64,000 nucleotides of DNA from an uncultured Verrucomicrobiae bacterium (GCA_963841495.1 CAWJDJ010000019.1:41053-105052), one strand, 5' to 3'; shown: positions 46,161-56,049, counted from the stretch's first letter. Numbers and translations: made by a program. The notes: a model not told the origin generated them from the sequence alone.

Positions 46161-48708
46161 GGTACGTTGATTCTTAGAGATTGAGAGGGGTTCCAAAATG
46201 AGCCGCAACCCGTGTGGGTAAGCGTCGCGCTCCGAATTTGATAGGAAACATTCGCGGGGGCTGGTGCATCGACGATTTCTGGTACGTTCACCGGCGAATT
46301 CGACAATTCCATAAATGGACCGTCCTCGCTCTCCGACCTGAGCACGTAATAGCGGGTTTCCGGTTCAAAGGCAGGAGTCCAGGTCAGTGTCACGCTGGAT
46401 CCATTTCGAACAGCCGATCGCAGGATTGGCGGCCCAACGCCAGGCCAGCGAAGCGTTGGATCGCCCAAAATGCCGGCCGTGATTGGAACAGACTTGAGGA
46501 CAGGATCGGATACACCAACTAAATCCCCTAGGTAATCAAAGTAGCTTGTTTGAAAATCGCCAAGATGATATCCTTGCGCGAAGCGACTGATCGATCCGCC
46601 CAGGTTCCAGCAGACCGCCAAACCATAGTCTTCGGTGGCGAGGAAGCTCTGCAGCAAGCCGTCGGAGTGAAGCTGCTGTGGAGGTTCCGGTTCAGCGCCC
46701 CGCAGATTCCAATCGCCAAACCACGAACCATGCAGTTGGGCGAATGCAACCTTCGGTTGATGTAGTCGATCAACAAGGCTCGCCGCGTTCACTGGTCCAA
46801 TTTTGTCGATATTGCCGGAGCCCGACTGAGTGCCCCAGATATAGGTAAGGGACTTCGTGGCAGCAAACAGATCCGCTTGAGCAAAGCGGCTGGCGATTCC
46901 TGGGAAAAGAGGAAACACGACATGCTCGCCGAACGCATGCCTGTAGTCATCTCTTTCCAAGAATAACTGACTCGCAGGATCAAACGAAGTGTAACTCAAT
47001 CCTCTCGCCGAAACCGGAATGAGGCCCCGACGGAACCGGTGGTTCTTGTTGAAATACCGCCTGAGCAAGCCAATCTCGTCGACAGAGATCGGCGGATTTC
47101 CAAAGACCGGTAGATTTGCAAAATCAATTCGGCCAACGGCAATTTCCATGCGCGTATTGTGGTCTGTGGCTTCCGCAATAGCATCTTCATCGAATTTTCC
47201 ATCATTTGTGTCATTTGTGGTGATCGAATAACTGACGGGCATGGGGGCGAGGAGATATTCGCTCGCATCGTGCCAAACTCCATCCAGATCCCCATAGTAA
47301 ACGTCAGAAGACCAGGCCCCAAAATGATTTCCCACGGAGTAATAATTTGCGTGACCATCGGGTGCGGACATCCCAGTGTAAGGAACTGGAACGTGCCCGA
47401 TCAGAATCACGACATTGAGTTCTGGAGGACTGTATTGATTGTACACGCGCACGATCTTCTGCTTGAGCTGATTGACGGCATCGATGTTCGCTTGACTCCA
47501 ACTGGCGTCATCGTGGCGAGGCGCCGTCGCAATCCCATCTTCGGTCTCGGTACCATCTTCCACAAGCCACCCGTCCCCGATGAGGTCGCTTTTGAACTGC
47601 GTCAATTCGGTGTCGAGCCTTTTGGCGGGGTCGGGGTCATGAACCAGCGAATTCTCAACGACAAGGAGCACTCTGCCGCGATTCAGGATGGGAGGAGTTT
47701 GAATGCCCGCGATTATACCCGGGAGAAACGCCCCGGATGCGGATCCGTCCACGTAAAGCTTCTGGAAGCGGTAATCAAAGCGTGTTCCAACTTGCAGGGC
47801 ATTTTCACCTTCTTCGGCAGTGGAGTTTGTGTATGCAAATCCTCCCAGCTCAGCCAAGTCATGCCAGGTCGACGTGCCAGTTACGCGACGTTGAATCTTT
47901 ATTCCACCATAGGAGCGGATCCCGTAACGCCAATGGAAGGTCAGTCCTGGAGGACTGTCGGATTCTTCGGCATACATGGACTTATCGGACTCGAGTCCGG
48001 TGAAGGATTCGCCAGGATAATTGAAGAGTTCCACTTCATCCATGACGCCGTAACAGCTGCTGGAGCCATTGGGGCGACTACCGACGCTGAATCCCGATCC
48101 GAGAACTGCGGTCGACGGCAGAGGCGTGGGTGATGGAGCGAACACGGCAACGCAGGAGCCGTCCTTCCAGATGCACCAGCGATTGTCCAGAACACCGAAG
48201 ACAACCTCGCTCCATTTGCCGTTTAAGAATGCTGGTCCGCCGCTGAACGTGAGAGTCTCACTTCCCGCTTCAAACGTGGCTCCTCCGACTGACACGCGAA
48301 TGCCCAGTTTAGTGCCGCTTCCCCGGATCAGGAACTCGATGTATCCAGCAGCAGGGTTGCCAATCGGGTCCCCGACGACCAGGAGCGACGCTTCGGTTCC
48401 ACCAGGGAGACTCCCACTGGACCAGCCGTCGGGTTTGAAGAGAAGGCGGGCGCCAAAGCTCTTTGGGTACACACTGGCATGGCCGGCAGCATCGACACAC
48501 GGGTAGCGAAGTAGCGCGCCTGCCGGAATCTTCACTCCCTTCCCGTCGAGAGTGTCCACATGTTCAATTCCTGAGGCCTGCAATGGCAATTGTCCCTCGT
48601 CCCCGCGCAGATCATCCGTATCAAAACGGAAATGGGCCAGTCGTGTCGGCAAGTAGTCCGTGTTGGAGAGGGGATCGGTGCCTTCGGCCCGCTCTTCGGC
48701 GTCGCTCT
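46157..48708 (-). pseudogene. 5'-truncated paralog (fragment 3) of the giant surface protein gene, open for 857 codons
   Basis: Near-identical to the C-terminal ~850 aa of 38007..44231 except for a variable patch. Retains the native C-terminus ...SATLTHTGCGSFWNPSQSLRINVP. Homology ends at 48708, and the ORF start codon (48730) lies inside the Y1 element terminus. Confidence 0.85.
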
Positions 48709-49845
48709 TGGAAAGAGGGTCACATCTCACACTTTATCAATTGCGAGCTCCCGCTTCAGGCGACCTTTCTCGGTGCGGTCTCGCGCCAATCGCCGTTCGT
48801 ACCGCTTGACGTTGGTCGCCACTACCCCGTCGTTCCGCAATTCCACCCGCCGGGCCAGTTCCGCCAGCTTGAGCCCACACAACCGCCGCCCCAGATACAA
48901 CGCCATATCCCGTCCCGAGTCCCCATACTGGTCCCGAAACTCCGCCCACTTCCGTCCTTTGACCTCCTCGATCGCACGGATCACAGCCTCAAACGCCGGC
49001 CGCACTGCCAGCAACCGCCGCGCCCCACGCTGCTCCTGCTCATCTCCGCCAATCCAGTTCCGCAAACTTGCCAGGAACTCGCCGCCGCCCAGCACCACTT
49101 GCTCCTGCACCGATTCCCACGGACTCTTCGCCAGCCCCTCCCGCACCGCTGTCTCCACGTAATCCCGATACTGCCGACGCTGCTCGCCCTGGGATCCGCC
49201 ACCAAATCCGAGCACCGTCCGGCATTCGAGCCATTCGGGAGTCGGCTCCAAACCGAGGTCGGCCCGATACGAACTCCACCGGTAGCCTCGCAGCAACGCG
49301 ATCCGTTCCCGCACGCGGGCGGCGTTGGCAGCGGGGGACAAGCCCACCCGCTGCGCCGCTCGGTCCTCCTTGTCCAAACCCAGCGCTTGGACTCGGACCG
49401 GGTTGAGATGCACGTAGCGGCTCAGCGCCAGCGCCCATTCCTCCGGGCTGACGGCCACCGACTTGAACCGTCCCTGGAACAGATGACCGTTGCGCCCGTG
49501 CCGACGGTTCAACCACAGGCTGCAACTCACGTTCAACCACTGCACGCTCCGGCTCAGGTTGGCTTCGGCCAATTCCAGCATCAGATGGTAAGGGTTGTCC
49601 ATCAGCACGAATGCATGCAGCCGCACGCGAAACCGATCGACCATCTCCCCAACAATCTCCAGGAAATGCAACCGATCGCGCCGGTCCCGATAAATGGCTT
49701 TCCGTTCGTTACCGCGGGCGCTGATGTGATGCCGACCGCCCGGCTTCTCAATCCGCAAAGGCCGTGCCACGGGTACGAGGGTATCCCCTTCCGACGGCGC
49801 AGCGCAATTGCATAATTGTGAGATGTGACCCCCGTTCCTACCCCA
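48709..49845 (-). mobile_element. Y1 (IS200/RAYT-like) transposase element with ~29-bp imperfect terminal inverted repeats
   Basis: Termini gggtcacatctcacactttatcaattgcg (left) and, reverse-complemented, gggtcacatctcacaattatgcaattgcg (right). Same ends as 34001..35141. Confidence 0.8.
48727..49770 (-). CDS. Y1/HUH-type transposase fused to a C-terminal DnaA-C-like HTH domain (HUH motif degenerate)
   Basis: 347 aa. RVRLHAFVLMDNPYHLMLEL (PYH where the other copy has HYH), GHLFQGRFKS, YVHLNPVR (Tyr context). C-terminal DMALYLGRRLCGLKLAELARRV resembles the DnaA domain IV HTH. Confidence 0.75.
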   Translation of the reverse strand: MARPLRIEKPGGRHHISARGNERKAIYRDRRDRLHFLEIVGEMVDRFRVRLHAFVLMDNPYHLMLELAEANLSRSVQWLNVSCSLWLNRRHGRNGHLFQGRFKSVAVSPEEWALALSRYVHLNPVRVQALGLDKEDRAAQRVGLSPAANAARVRERIALLRGYRWSSYRADLGLEPTPEWLECRTVLGFGGGSQGEQRRQYRDYVETAVREGLAKSPWESVQEQVVLGGGEFLASLRNWIGGDEQEQRGARRLLAVRPAFEAVIRAIEEVKGRKWAEFRDQYGDSGRDMALYLGRRLCGLKLAELARRVELRNDGVVATNVKRYERRLARDRTEKGRLKRELAIDKV

Positions 49846-50473
49846 GAACGCCTCGCGAACCAGCCGTCCACCGCGACGTCGGTAAATGGGTTGCCGGCAT
49901 CCGGCCGGCTGACGTCCAGTTTGACTTCAAGAAAGTCGTAGGCCTCGACCGACGGGCTGGACTGCGAGAAGTGAATTTCGGCCGGGTTGGCATGCCCCGC
50001 CATCGGTGCGCCCGCCAGCAGAAAAAAGCTGCGGACAATTGGACTTAGAGCCCGTCTGAAAAGGAGGAATGGAGCTGCGAGGAGGGATTCTGTGCGAGAC
50101 CCGCGCGGCGAGACCGGAGCATCCCCGTCCCGCAGCGCGGGATGACGGTCGAGCCAATCCCGCAGCCGCGGGACCTCGCGCAAAAGACCCGTCGCCCGGA
50201 GGATTTTCCAATCGATCATAAGTGGTTTTCGCAAATCAAGAACCTCGGCGGCTGCCACGCCGCTGTTCACGGATGCTTGAAGGGTCCCGGATGAGCACGA
50301 ACCGCGGACCATGAGTCGCCGCCGCGCAGTTTCAATCTTCAACGTGAAGCGCGGGACGAGCCGGCGCCGGACTCCGTGGTGCCAGTCTGGCCGGGAGTGG
50401 TCCCGGGCGATTCCGGGACGTTCGGGCCTGAGCGGGTTCGGGCGCCATCCGAGGCGCCGACAAAGGATGCTGG
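49846..50473. repeat. Direct duplicate of 28641..29179 plus 29446..29540 (5' end of the DUF5060 gene, repeat M2, start of the esterase gene), with a 266-bp internal deletion
   Basis: Readable base-by-base alignment with few mismatches. The chimeric ORF 49602..50636 repeats AEIHFSQSSP.VEAYDFLEVKLDVSRPDAGNPFTDVAVDGWFARR. Contains MITE copy M3 at ~50048-50212. Confidence 0.85.
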
Positions 50474-50838
50474 GAGTTTCGCTATTCTTCCGCTGAACTC
50501 TTGGGGCGCGAGGCGGCGTTTTGGGTCCCGGAGGGACAAGGGACAATAGCCGGGGGCAAGCGAGGGACGAGCGCGGCCCCCGGAACACGACGAAAGAGAG
50601 TCCGAGCGACCCGGAGGGTCGCGGGAGACCAGGCAAATCTGCGCTTCCACGTCGCGATCTCCCCGATTACAGTCCTTCGATAGGCAAACGCCGTCACCGT
50701 GAGCGATGCGCATCCCAGTTCAGATCAATGCGCTTTCTGGATGCGTGTGGTCTTCAGCCCATGCCGGGCGTATCCATCAATCAAGGCGGAGGCGGATACG
50801 CGGACGTTGGGGCCCGTCTGAATAAGGAGGAATTCACT

Positions 50839-51477
50839 ATGAAGAAGTCTATCCCTATTCCCTTTGCCGGTTCTCAACTCGGCGAGACTCGCCATGTCTG
50901 CGCGTTCTTCAACAGCACCGATGAAGCCTATCGCGTGCTGCTGCCATTCATCACGGACGGATTCGAGTGTGGCGACAAAGCCGTCCACGTCGTCAATCCG
51001 GAGCAACATGAAAATCATCTGGGCCGGCTGACGGCCGCGGGAATTGATACGAAGGCTGCCCAACAGTGTGGCCAATTGGAACTGCGGACCAGTACGGAGG
51101 CGTATCTCCAAGACAGTCGTTTCGATCCCGATCGAATGCTTCAGGTGTTCGAACAATTGGCCAGTGGCAACGCAAAGGGAGGATTTCCACTCAGCCGCAT
51201 TGTCTGCCAAATGGACTGGGCCGCGGAAAGTCGGTCCTGCACCGATGACCTTGTCGAGTTTGAATCGCGCGTCAATGACGTGTGGCGTCGCCACGACGAC
51301 GCGGTAATTTGCGTTTACGATCTCGCCAAATTTGGAGGCAACACCGTGATTGACATCCTGCGGACCCATCCGATGGTCATCATCGGCGGCATCCTGCAGC
51401 GGAATCCGTTCTTTGTGCCGCCGGAGGAATTTCTCCGCGAGTTCCGCGAACGCCGAACTGCGCGGGCGGGGGTGTGA
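50839..51477 (+). CDS. MEDS-domain protein (putative sensory/regulatory partner of the adjacent kinase)
   Basis: SD aaggagg 9 nt upstream of the ATG. HVCAFFNSTDEAYRVLLPFITDGFECGDKAVHVV fits the MEDS pattern. The stop overlaps the start of the kinase gene. Confidence 0.75.
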   Translation: MKKSIPIPFAGSQLGETRHVCAFFNSTDEAYRVLLPFITDGFECGDKAVHVVNPEQHENHLGRLTAAGIDTKAAQQCGQLELRTSTEAYLQDSRFDPDRMLQVFEQLASGNAKGGFPLSRIVCQMDWAAESRSCTDDLVEFESRVNDVWRRHDDAVICVYDLAKFGGNTVIDILRTHPMVIIGGILQRNPFFVPPEEFLREFRERRTARAGV

Positions 51478-51478
51478 A

Positions 51479-53225
51479 ATGGAGGTGTCCGAATACCCCG
51501 CCGACGAAATCAAGCAACTGCGGCGTTGCGTCAATGATCTCGTAAGCGTCATTGCCCTGCCGGCCATTTGGAGCGGCGGCGGTGCGGCCCAGATCGTTCG
51601 CACTTTGCTCGACGTGCTGATGGATATCCTCCATCTGGATTTGGTCTATCTCCGCCTGGAAGATCCGCCCGAAGACCCGCCTGTCGAGATGGTCCGATTC
51701 GCACAACCGCAAGGCCCGACGGCTAACCCGCATCAGATTGGAATGCGACTCCACCAATGTTTGGGCCAGGATCCGCGGAATTGGCCTTCATCGGTGCGCA
51801 GCCGTATCCGAAACCACGACCTTTCAATCGCGCCGCTGCGACTGGGATTGCAGGGGGAAATCGGTCTCATCGTCGTCGGCTCCAGGCGTCAGGATTTTCC
51901 AAGGCAAACTGAGAATCCTTCTCCTGAGCGTCGCCGCAAACCAGGTCGTGATCGGATTGCATGAGGCACGCCTCCTGAACGAACAAAGGCGCGTCGCGAT
52001 CGAACTGGATCAGCGGGTTGTGCAACGCACGACGGAACTCGCGAAAGCCAACGAAGATTTGATCAAGGAAGTTGTTGAACGCAAGCGCGCAGAGGAAAAA
52101 CTTCGCCGCAGCGAAGCGCTTCTTGCCCACAGGCCAGCGGCTCAGTCGAACCGGCAGCTTTTACTGGCAGATGGAAACGGGTGAAATCACGTGGTCACAG
52201 GAGCTCTATCGTATCTTCGAGTTTGACGAGGACCTGCCGGTAACGCTCGAACGGATCGGCACGCGCGTTCATCCGGAAGACATCCCGATGTTGAATGAAA
52301 TGATCGACCGGGCGCGACGGGCTGGCAGCGACTTCGAATATGAACACAGGCTGTTGATGCCCGACCGTGCCATTAAGTATGTCCACTTGACCGCTCACGC
52401 GGCCCGGGACCAGCAGGGGCGGCTGCTTTACATCGGCGCAGTTCAGGATATCACGCGGCGCCGACTCGCGGAAGAAGCGCTCGGGAAGGTTCGATCCGAG
52501 CTCGCACACGCTGCCAGAGTACTAAGCCTGGGAGCATTGACCGCCTCCATCGCGCACGAAGTGAATCAGCCGCTAACCGCGGTCGCCAACAACGCAAATG
52601 CCTGTCTGAACCTCGTGCCAGATTCAATTGCCAATCTTCTGGAAGTCCGCGCTGCTCTGCTTGAAATCATCGAGGACGCGGAGCGAGCGAGCGCTGTTGT
52701 TGCGCGCGTCAGACAGTTGGTGAGAAAAGAGCCGCTTGCCAAAATCCTTGCTGAACCTGGCGGACATCGTTGCGGAGGTATCGGCCCTCGCCCATTACGA
52801 ATCCGCTGCGCAACACGTCACGATTCGGACTGAGTTGTCAGAGGAATTGCCTCCGGTCATGGCGGATCGCGTGCAACTCCAGCAGGTCTTGCTTAATCTG
52901 GTCGTCAACGGGATGGATGCGATGAAAGCGACCGACGAATCAAAGGCGCATTCTGACGATCTGCGCGAAGGCGCGGAGTGCGCGATGGAGTGCCGGAGTG
53001 CCTGCTCAGTGTGAAGGATGCCGGCATCGGGCTCAAATCCGATGAGGCGGAGCAGGCTGTTTGAAGCGTTCTACACGACGAAGCCGCACGGAATGGGAAT
53101 GGGACTGGCCGTCAGCCGCTCCATCATCGAAGCGCATGGCGGGCGTTTGTGGGCCGAGCCGAACCAGGAGGCTGGCGCAACCTTTCTGTTCAGCCTGCCT
53201 GCTGCCACGCAAGGTCACCGTATGA
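51479..53225 (+). pseudogene. Sensor histidine kinase (GAF-like / coiled coil / PAS / HisKA / HATPase_c) with at least 6 frame changes
   Basis: Recognisable blocks lie in successive frames: PAS (GSFYWQMETGEITWSQELYRIF...YIGAVQDITRRR), H-box SIAHEVNQPL, N-box LQQVLLNLVVNGMDAM, G-boxes SVKDAGIGL and FEAFYTTKPHGMGMGLAVSRSIIEAHGGRLW. Confidence 0.8.
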
Positions 53226-53883
53226 ATACTACTGCCCCCATCGTATTTGTCGTGGATGACGATCTGTCAGTCCGTCGTTCGACCGAACGCCTGATTCGAT
53301 CCATCGGACTGGAAGTTCAAACGTTTCCTTCCGCCCGCGAATTTCTCAAGAACCCACGACCTGAAGCCCGGCTTGCCTCGTGCTCGATGTGCGCATGCCG
53401 GGATTGAGCGGCATGGATCTTCAACGCGAACTGGCCCAATCAGGAATCCAAATTCCGATCATTTTCATCACGGCCCACGGCGATATTCCAATGTCGGTGC
53501 GCGCGATGAAAGCCGGCGCGGTGGAATTCCTGACCAAACCCTTCCGCAGCCGCAATCTTTTGGATGCCGTCCGGGCGGCGATTGACCAGGACCGATCGGC
53601 GCGCAAGAGCCGATCCGAAATCGAAGAACTGCGCGGCGTTACGAGCAGCTGACAGCCTCGCGAACGCGAAGTGCTGCCGCTCGTCGCCGCGGGCCTCCTG
53701 AACAAACAAGTGGCCGGCAAGCTCGCCACCACCGAGCGAACGATCAAATTTCATCGCGCTCACATCATGCAAAAAGCGCATGCGGAATCGCTCGCCGATC
53801 TGGTCCGCATGGTTGAAAAGCTCGGAATTGCATGCCCGCCGAAGGGCTCCAAGGAAAAGTCAACCTGTCCCAAGGTGCAGTAG
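53222..53883 (+). pseudogene. FixJ/LuxR-type response regulator (REC + LuxR HTH) with about 3-4 frame changes
   Basis: IVFVVDDDLSVRRS, LDVRMPGLSGMDL, ITAHGDIPMSVRAMKAGAVEFLTKP and REREVLPLVAAGLLNKQVAGKLATTERTIKFHRAHIMQK are split over frames. One pair of shifts within ~25 nt compensates (RYEQLTAS). Confidence 0.8.
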
Positions 53884-53943
53884 ATAGTTCCCCTTCCCCG
53901 CCGTTATCGTGTGGCATGGACATGGCCTGGATTCCACACGGCA

Positions 53944-54357
53944 ATGGCGACCAGGAATAGGAGCTTGCAGCCCCCACTCGTTGCGATCGTGGACGACGAC
54001 GTTTCGGTCAGGCGTTCCACCCGCAGGCTCCTTCCCCTGGCTGGGCTGCGGGTGGAGGCATTCGCGTCGGCGGAGGAGTTTCTCATGTCCGGACTGGCGC
54101 AGGCGACAGCCTGCCTGATCCTCGACCTCCGGTTGCCGGGCATGAACGGGCTGCAATTGCAGCGACGCCTCGCCGAGGATTCCAATCGGGTCCCAATCAT
54201 TTTCTTATCCGCCCATTTTTCTCAGGACGACGAGCGCCAGGCGTTGGCGGCAGGCGCTGTTCAGTTTCTCCAAAAGCCCATCACCCAGGACGCATTGCTG
54301 CTCGCGATTCGCAACTCGCTCAAGGCTTCGCTTGATGATCAACAGAGCATGTTATGA
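53944..54357 (+). CDS. Single-domain response regulator (REC only)
   Basis: LVAIVDDDVSVRRS, CLILDLRLPGMNG, IIFLSAH and AGAVQFLQKP. An upstream GTG at 53911 is also possible. Confidence 0.8.
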   Translation: MATRNRSLQPPLVAIVDDDVSVRRSTRRLLPLAGLRVEAFASAEEFLMSGLAQATACLILDLRLPGMNGLQLQRRLAEDSNRVPIIFLSAHFSQDDERQALAAGAVQFLQKPITQDALLLAIRNSLKASLDDQQSML

Positions 54358-54404
54358 AAACATTCACAGCGATCCCACAGGCGCTTGATCCAAACGGCGT
54401 TTAG

Positions 54405-54675
54405 CGACTGTCTGAAAAATAATTGGAGTCCTGCGACGAGGGATTTTGTGCGAGGCCGAGACGGCAAGACCGGAGCATCCCCGCAGCGGGCTGCGACGGT
54501 CGAGCCAACGAAGGCCTCGCGCAAAAGACCAGTCGCCCCGAAGATTTTCGCGGAAAAACCCCTCTGGCTTCGTTGCTCCTCGGTCACAGACCGCTGGCGG
54601 GTATGCTCCCTCGTCGCGCCTCGCCATAGGGCCTTTTCCGCGAAAACAGGACCCCACTTATTCTTCAGACAGTCT
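54405..54675. repeat. Copy M4 of the palindromic MITE-like repeat (complete, both arms)
   Basis: Terminal inverted repeats gactgtctgaaaaataattggagtcctg / caggaccccacttattcttcagacagtc. The two arms are imperfect reverse complements of each other. Confidence 0.75.
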
Positions 54676-54707
54676 CTTAGGAGAAAATAAAACGAAAGCA
54701 CACGACG

Positions 54708-55886
54708 ATGACGACATTGATTCAACCACCTCCCGAGACGTCGGCCCGACCCATGTTATTCCGAAAGGATCAATCTTGTCTGGAAACGATGAGATTCAAT
54801 CCGGCGGCGCGCGAACATGGCGAATCCGGGAGCGAAGTCCGCCCGCAATGGTCCGCTCCGGAACGGCTTATCGTCGGCGAGAGCGCGGCGCTGCGGGAAG
54901 TCCTGCGCCAGGTGGCAATTGTCGCGCCGATGGATTCCACGGTTCTGATCCTCGGCGAAACCGGCACGGGCAAGGAATTGATCGCCGAAGCGATACACCG
55001 ACAGAGTTCACGCCGCAACAAGTCCCTGGTAAAGGTGAATTGCGCGGCGATGCCCGCCGGATTGTTGGAAAGCGAATTATTCGGCCACGAACGCGGTGCG
55101 TTCACCGGCGCTATCGCCCGTAGGTCTGGACGCTTCGAACTGGCGCATCAAGGAACGCTTTTCCTGGATGAAGTGGGAGACATCCCGCTCGAACTCCAAC
55201 CCAAACTGCTTCGGGTATTGCAGGAACACGAATTCGAGCGCGTGGGAGGCACGGTCACGACCCGGGTGAACACCCGCATCGTCGCGGCCACGAGCCGAAA
55301 CTTGTCCGCGATGGTCCACGACCGGCAGTTTCGCAGCGATTTGTTCTATCGTCTTAATGTCTTTCCCATTTGCATCCCCGCATTGCGTGAGCGTCTCGAG
55401 GACATTCCGCTGTTGGTGCAGCATTTCGTCGCCCACCTATCGCAGCGCATGAACAAGCGCATTGAAACCATTCCCGTCAAGGTCATGAAAGCGCTGGCGA
55501 CCCATCCTTGGCTGGGAAACGTCCGCGAGTTGCGGAATTTCCTCGAACGCGCAGTCATTTTGTCGCCCGGCCACGAGCTGACACCGCCATTGCACGAGTT
55601 GGCGCCCGTTTGTTCGGCTGCGCCCGACATGACCCGTCGCCTGACCGCATCCGCTCACACGCTCAAGGAAATCGAACGCGAACACATCCTGCTCGCGTTG
55701 CGCGATGCTGACTGGGTGGTCGGCGGGTCGACGGGAGCAGCGGCGCGCCTGGGACTCAAGCGCACGACGCTCGCCGCCAAGATGCAAAAGCTCGGCATTC
55801 ATCGGCCGACGAGATGCAACGAGCCCGGATCATTGAAACGGTTCGAAGATCCGGACGGTGAGTCTCGCTTCACGTGGGCGGTGTAG
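54708..55886 (+). CDS. Sigma-54-dependent transcriptional activator lacking a receiver/sensory domain (AAA+ + Fis-type HTH)
   Basis: Walker A GETGTGKE, GAFTGA loop (ERGAFTGA), Walker B LFLDEVGD, C-terminal HTH AAARLGLKRTTLAAKMQKLGI. Only ~65 aa precede the AAA+ core. Confidence 0.85.
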   Translation: MTTLIQPPPETSARPMLFRKDQSCLETMRFNPAAREHGESGSEVRPQWSAPERLIVGESAALREVLRQVAIVAPMDSTVLILGETGTGKELIAEAIHRQSSRRNKSLVKVNCAAMPAGLLESELFGHERGAFTGAIARRSGRFELAHQGTLFLDEVGDIPLELQPKLLRVLQEHEFERVGGTVTTRVNTRIVAATSRNLSAMVHDRQFRSDLFYRLNVFPICIPALRERLEDIPLLVQHFVAHLSQRMNKRIETIPVKVMKALATHPWLGNVRELRNFLERAVILSPGHELTPPLHELAPVCSAAPDMTRRLTASAHTLKEIEREHILLALRDADWVVGGSTGAAARLGLKRTTLAAKMQKLGIHRPTRCNEPGSLKRFEDPDGESRFTWAV

Positions 55887-56049
55887 AACGGCAGCGATCT
55901 GAGCACAACTGGAAACGCCATCCAGACACGAACGGCCTTTCGCCAGCCACACCATTGAGAGTATTCGCGATTTGACCGATTCGAGGTAAGAGCCCGTGCC
56001 GCATGGGTGCGCTCGCGCAAGCCGCGCATTCCCCGGCTCGTCGGCCTGA

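Noticed and set aside
49602-50636. 344-aa ORF that looks like a gene upstream of the MEDS locus.
   Set aside because: It is a chimera read through the Y1 element end, the duplicated 5' fragment of the DUF5060 gene and MITE copy M3. It duplicates residues of 27217..29190 and has no independent coding signal.
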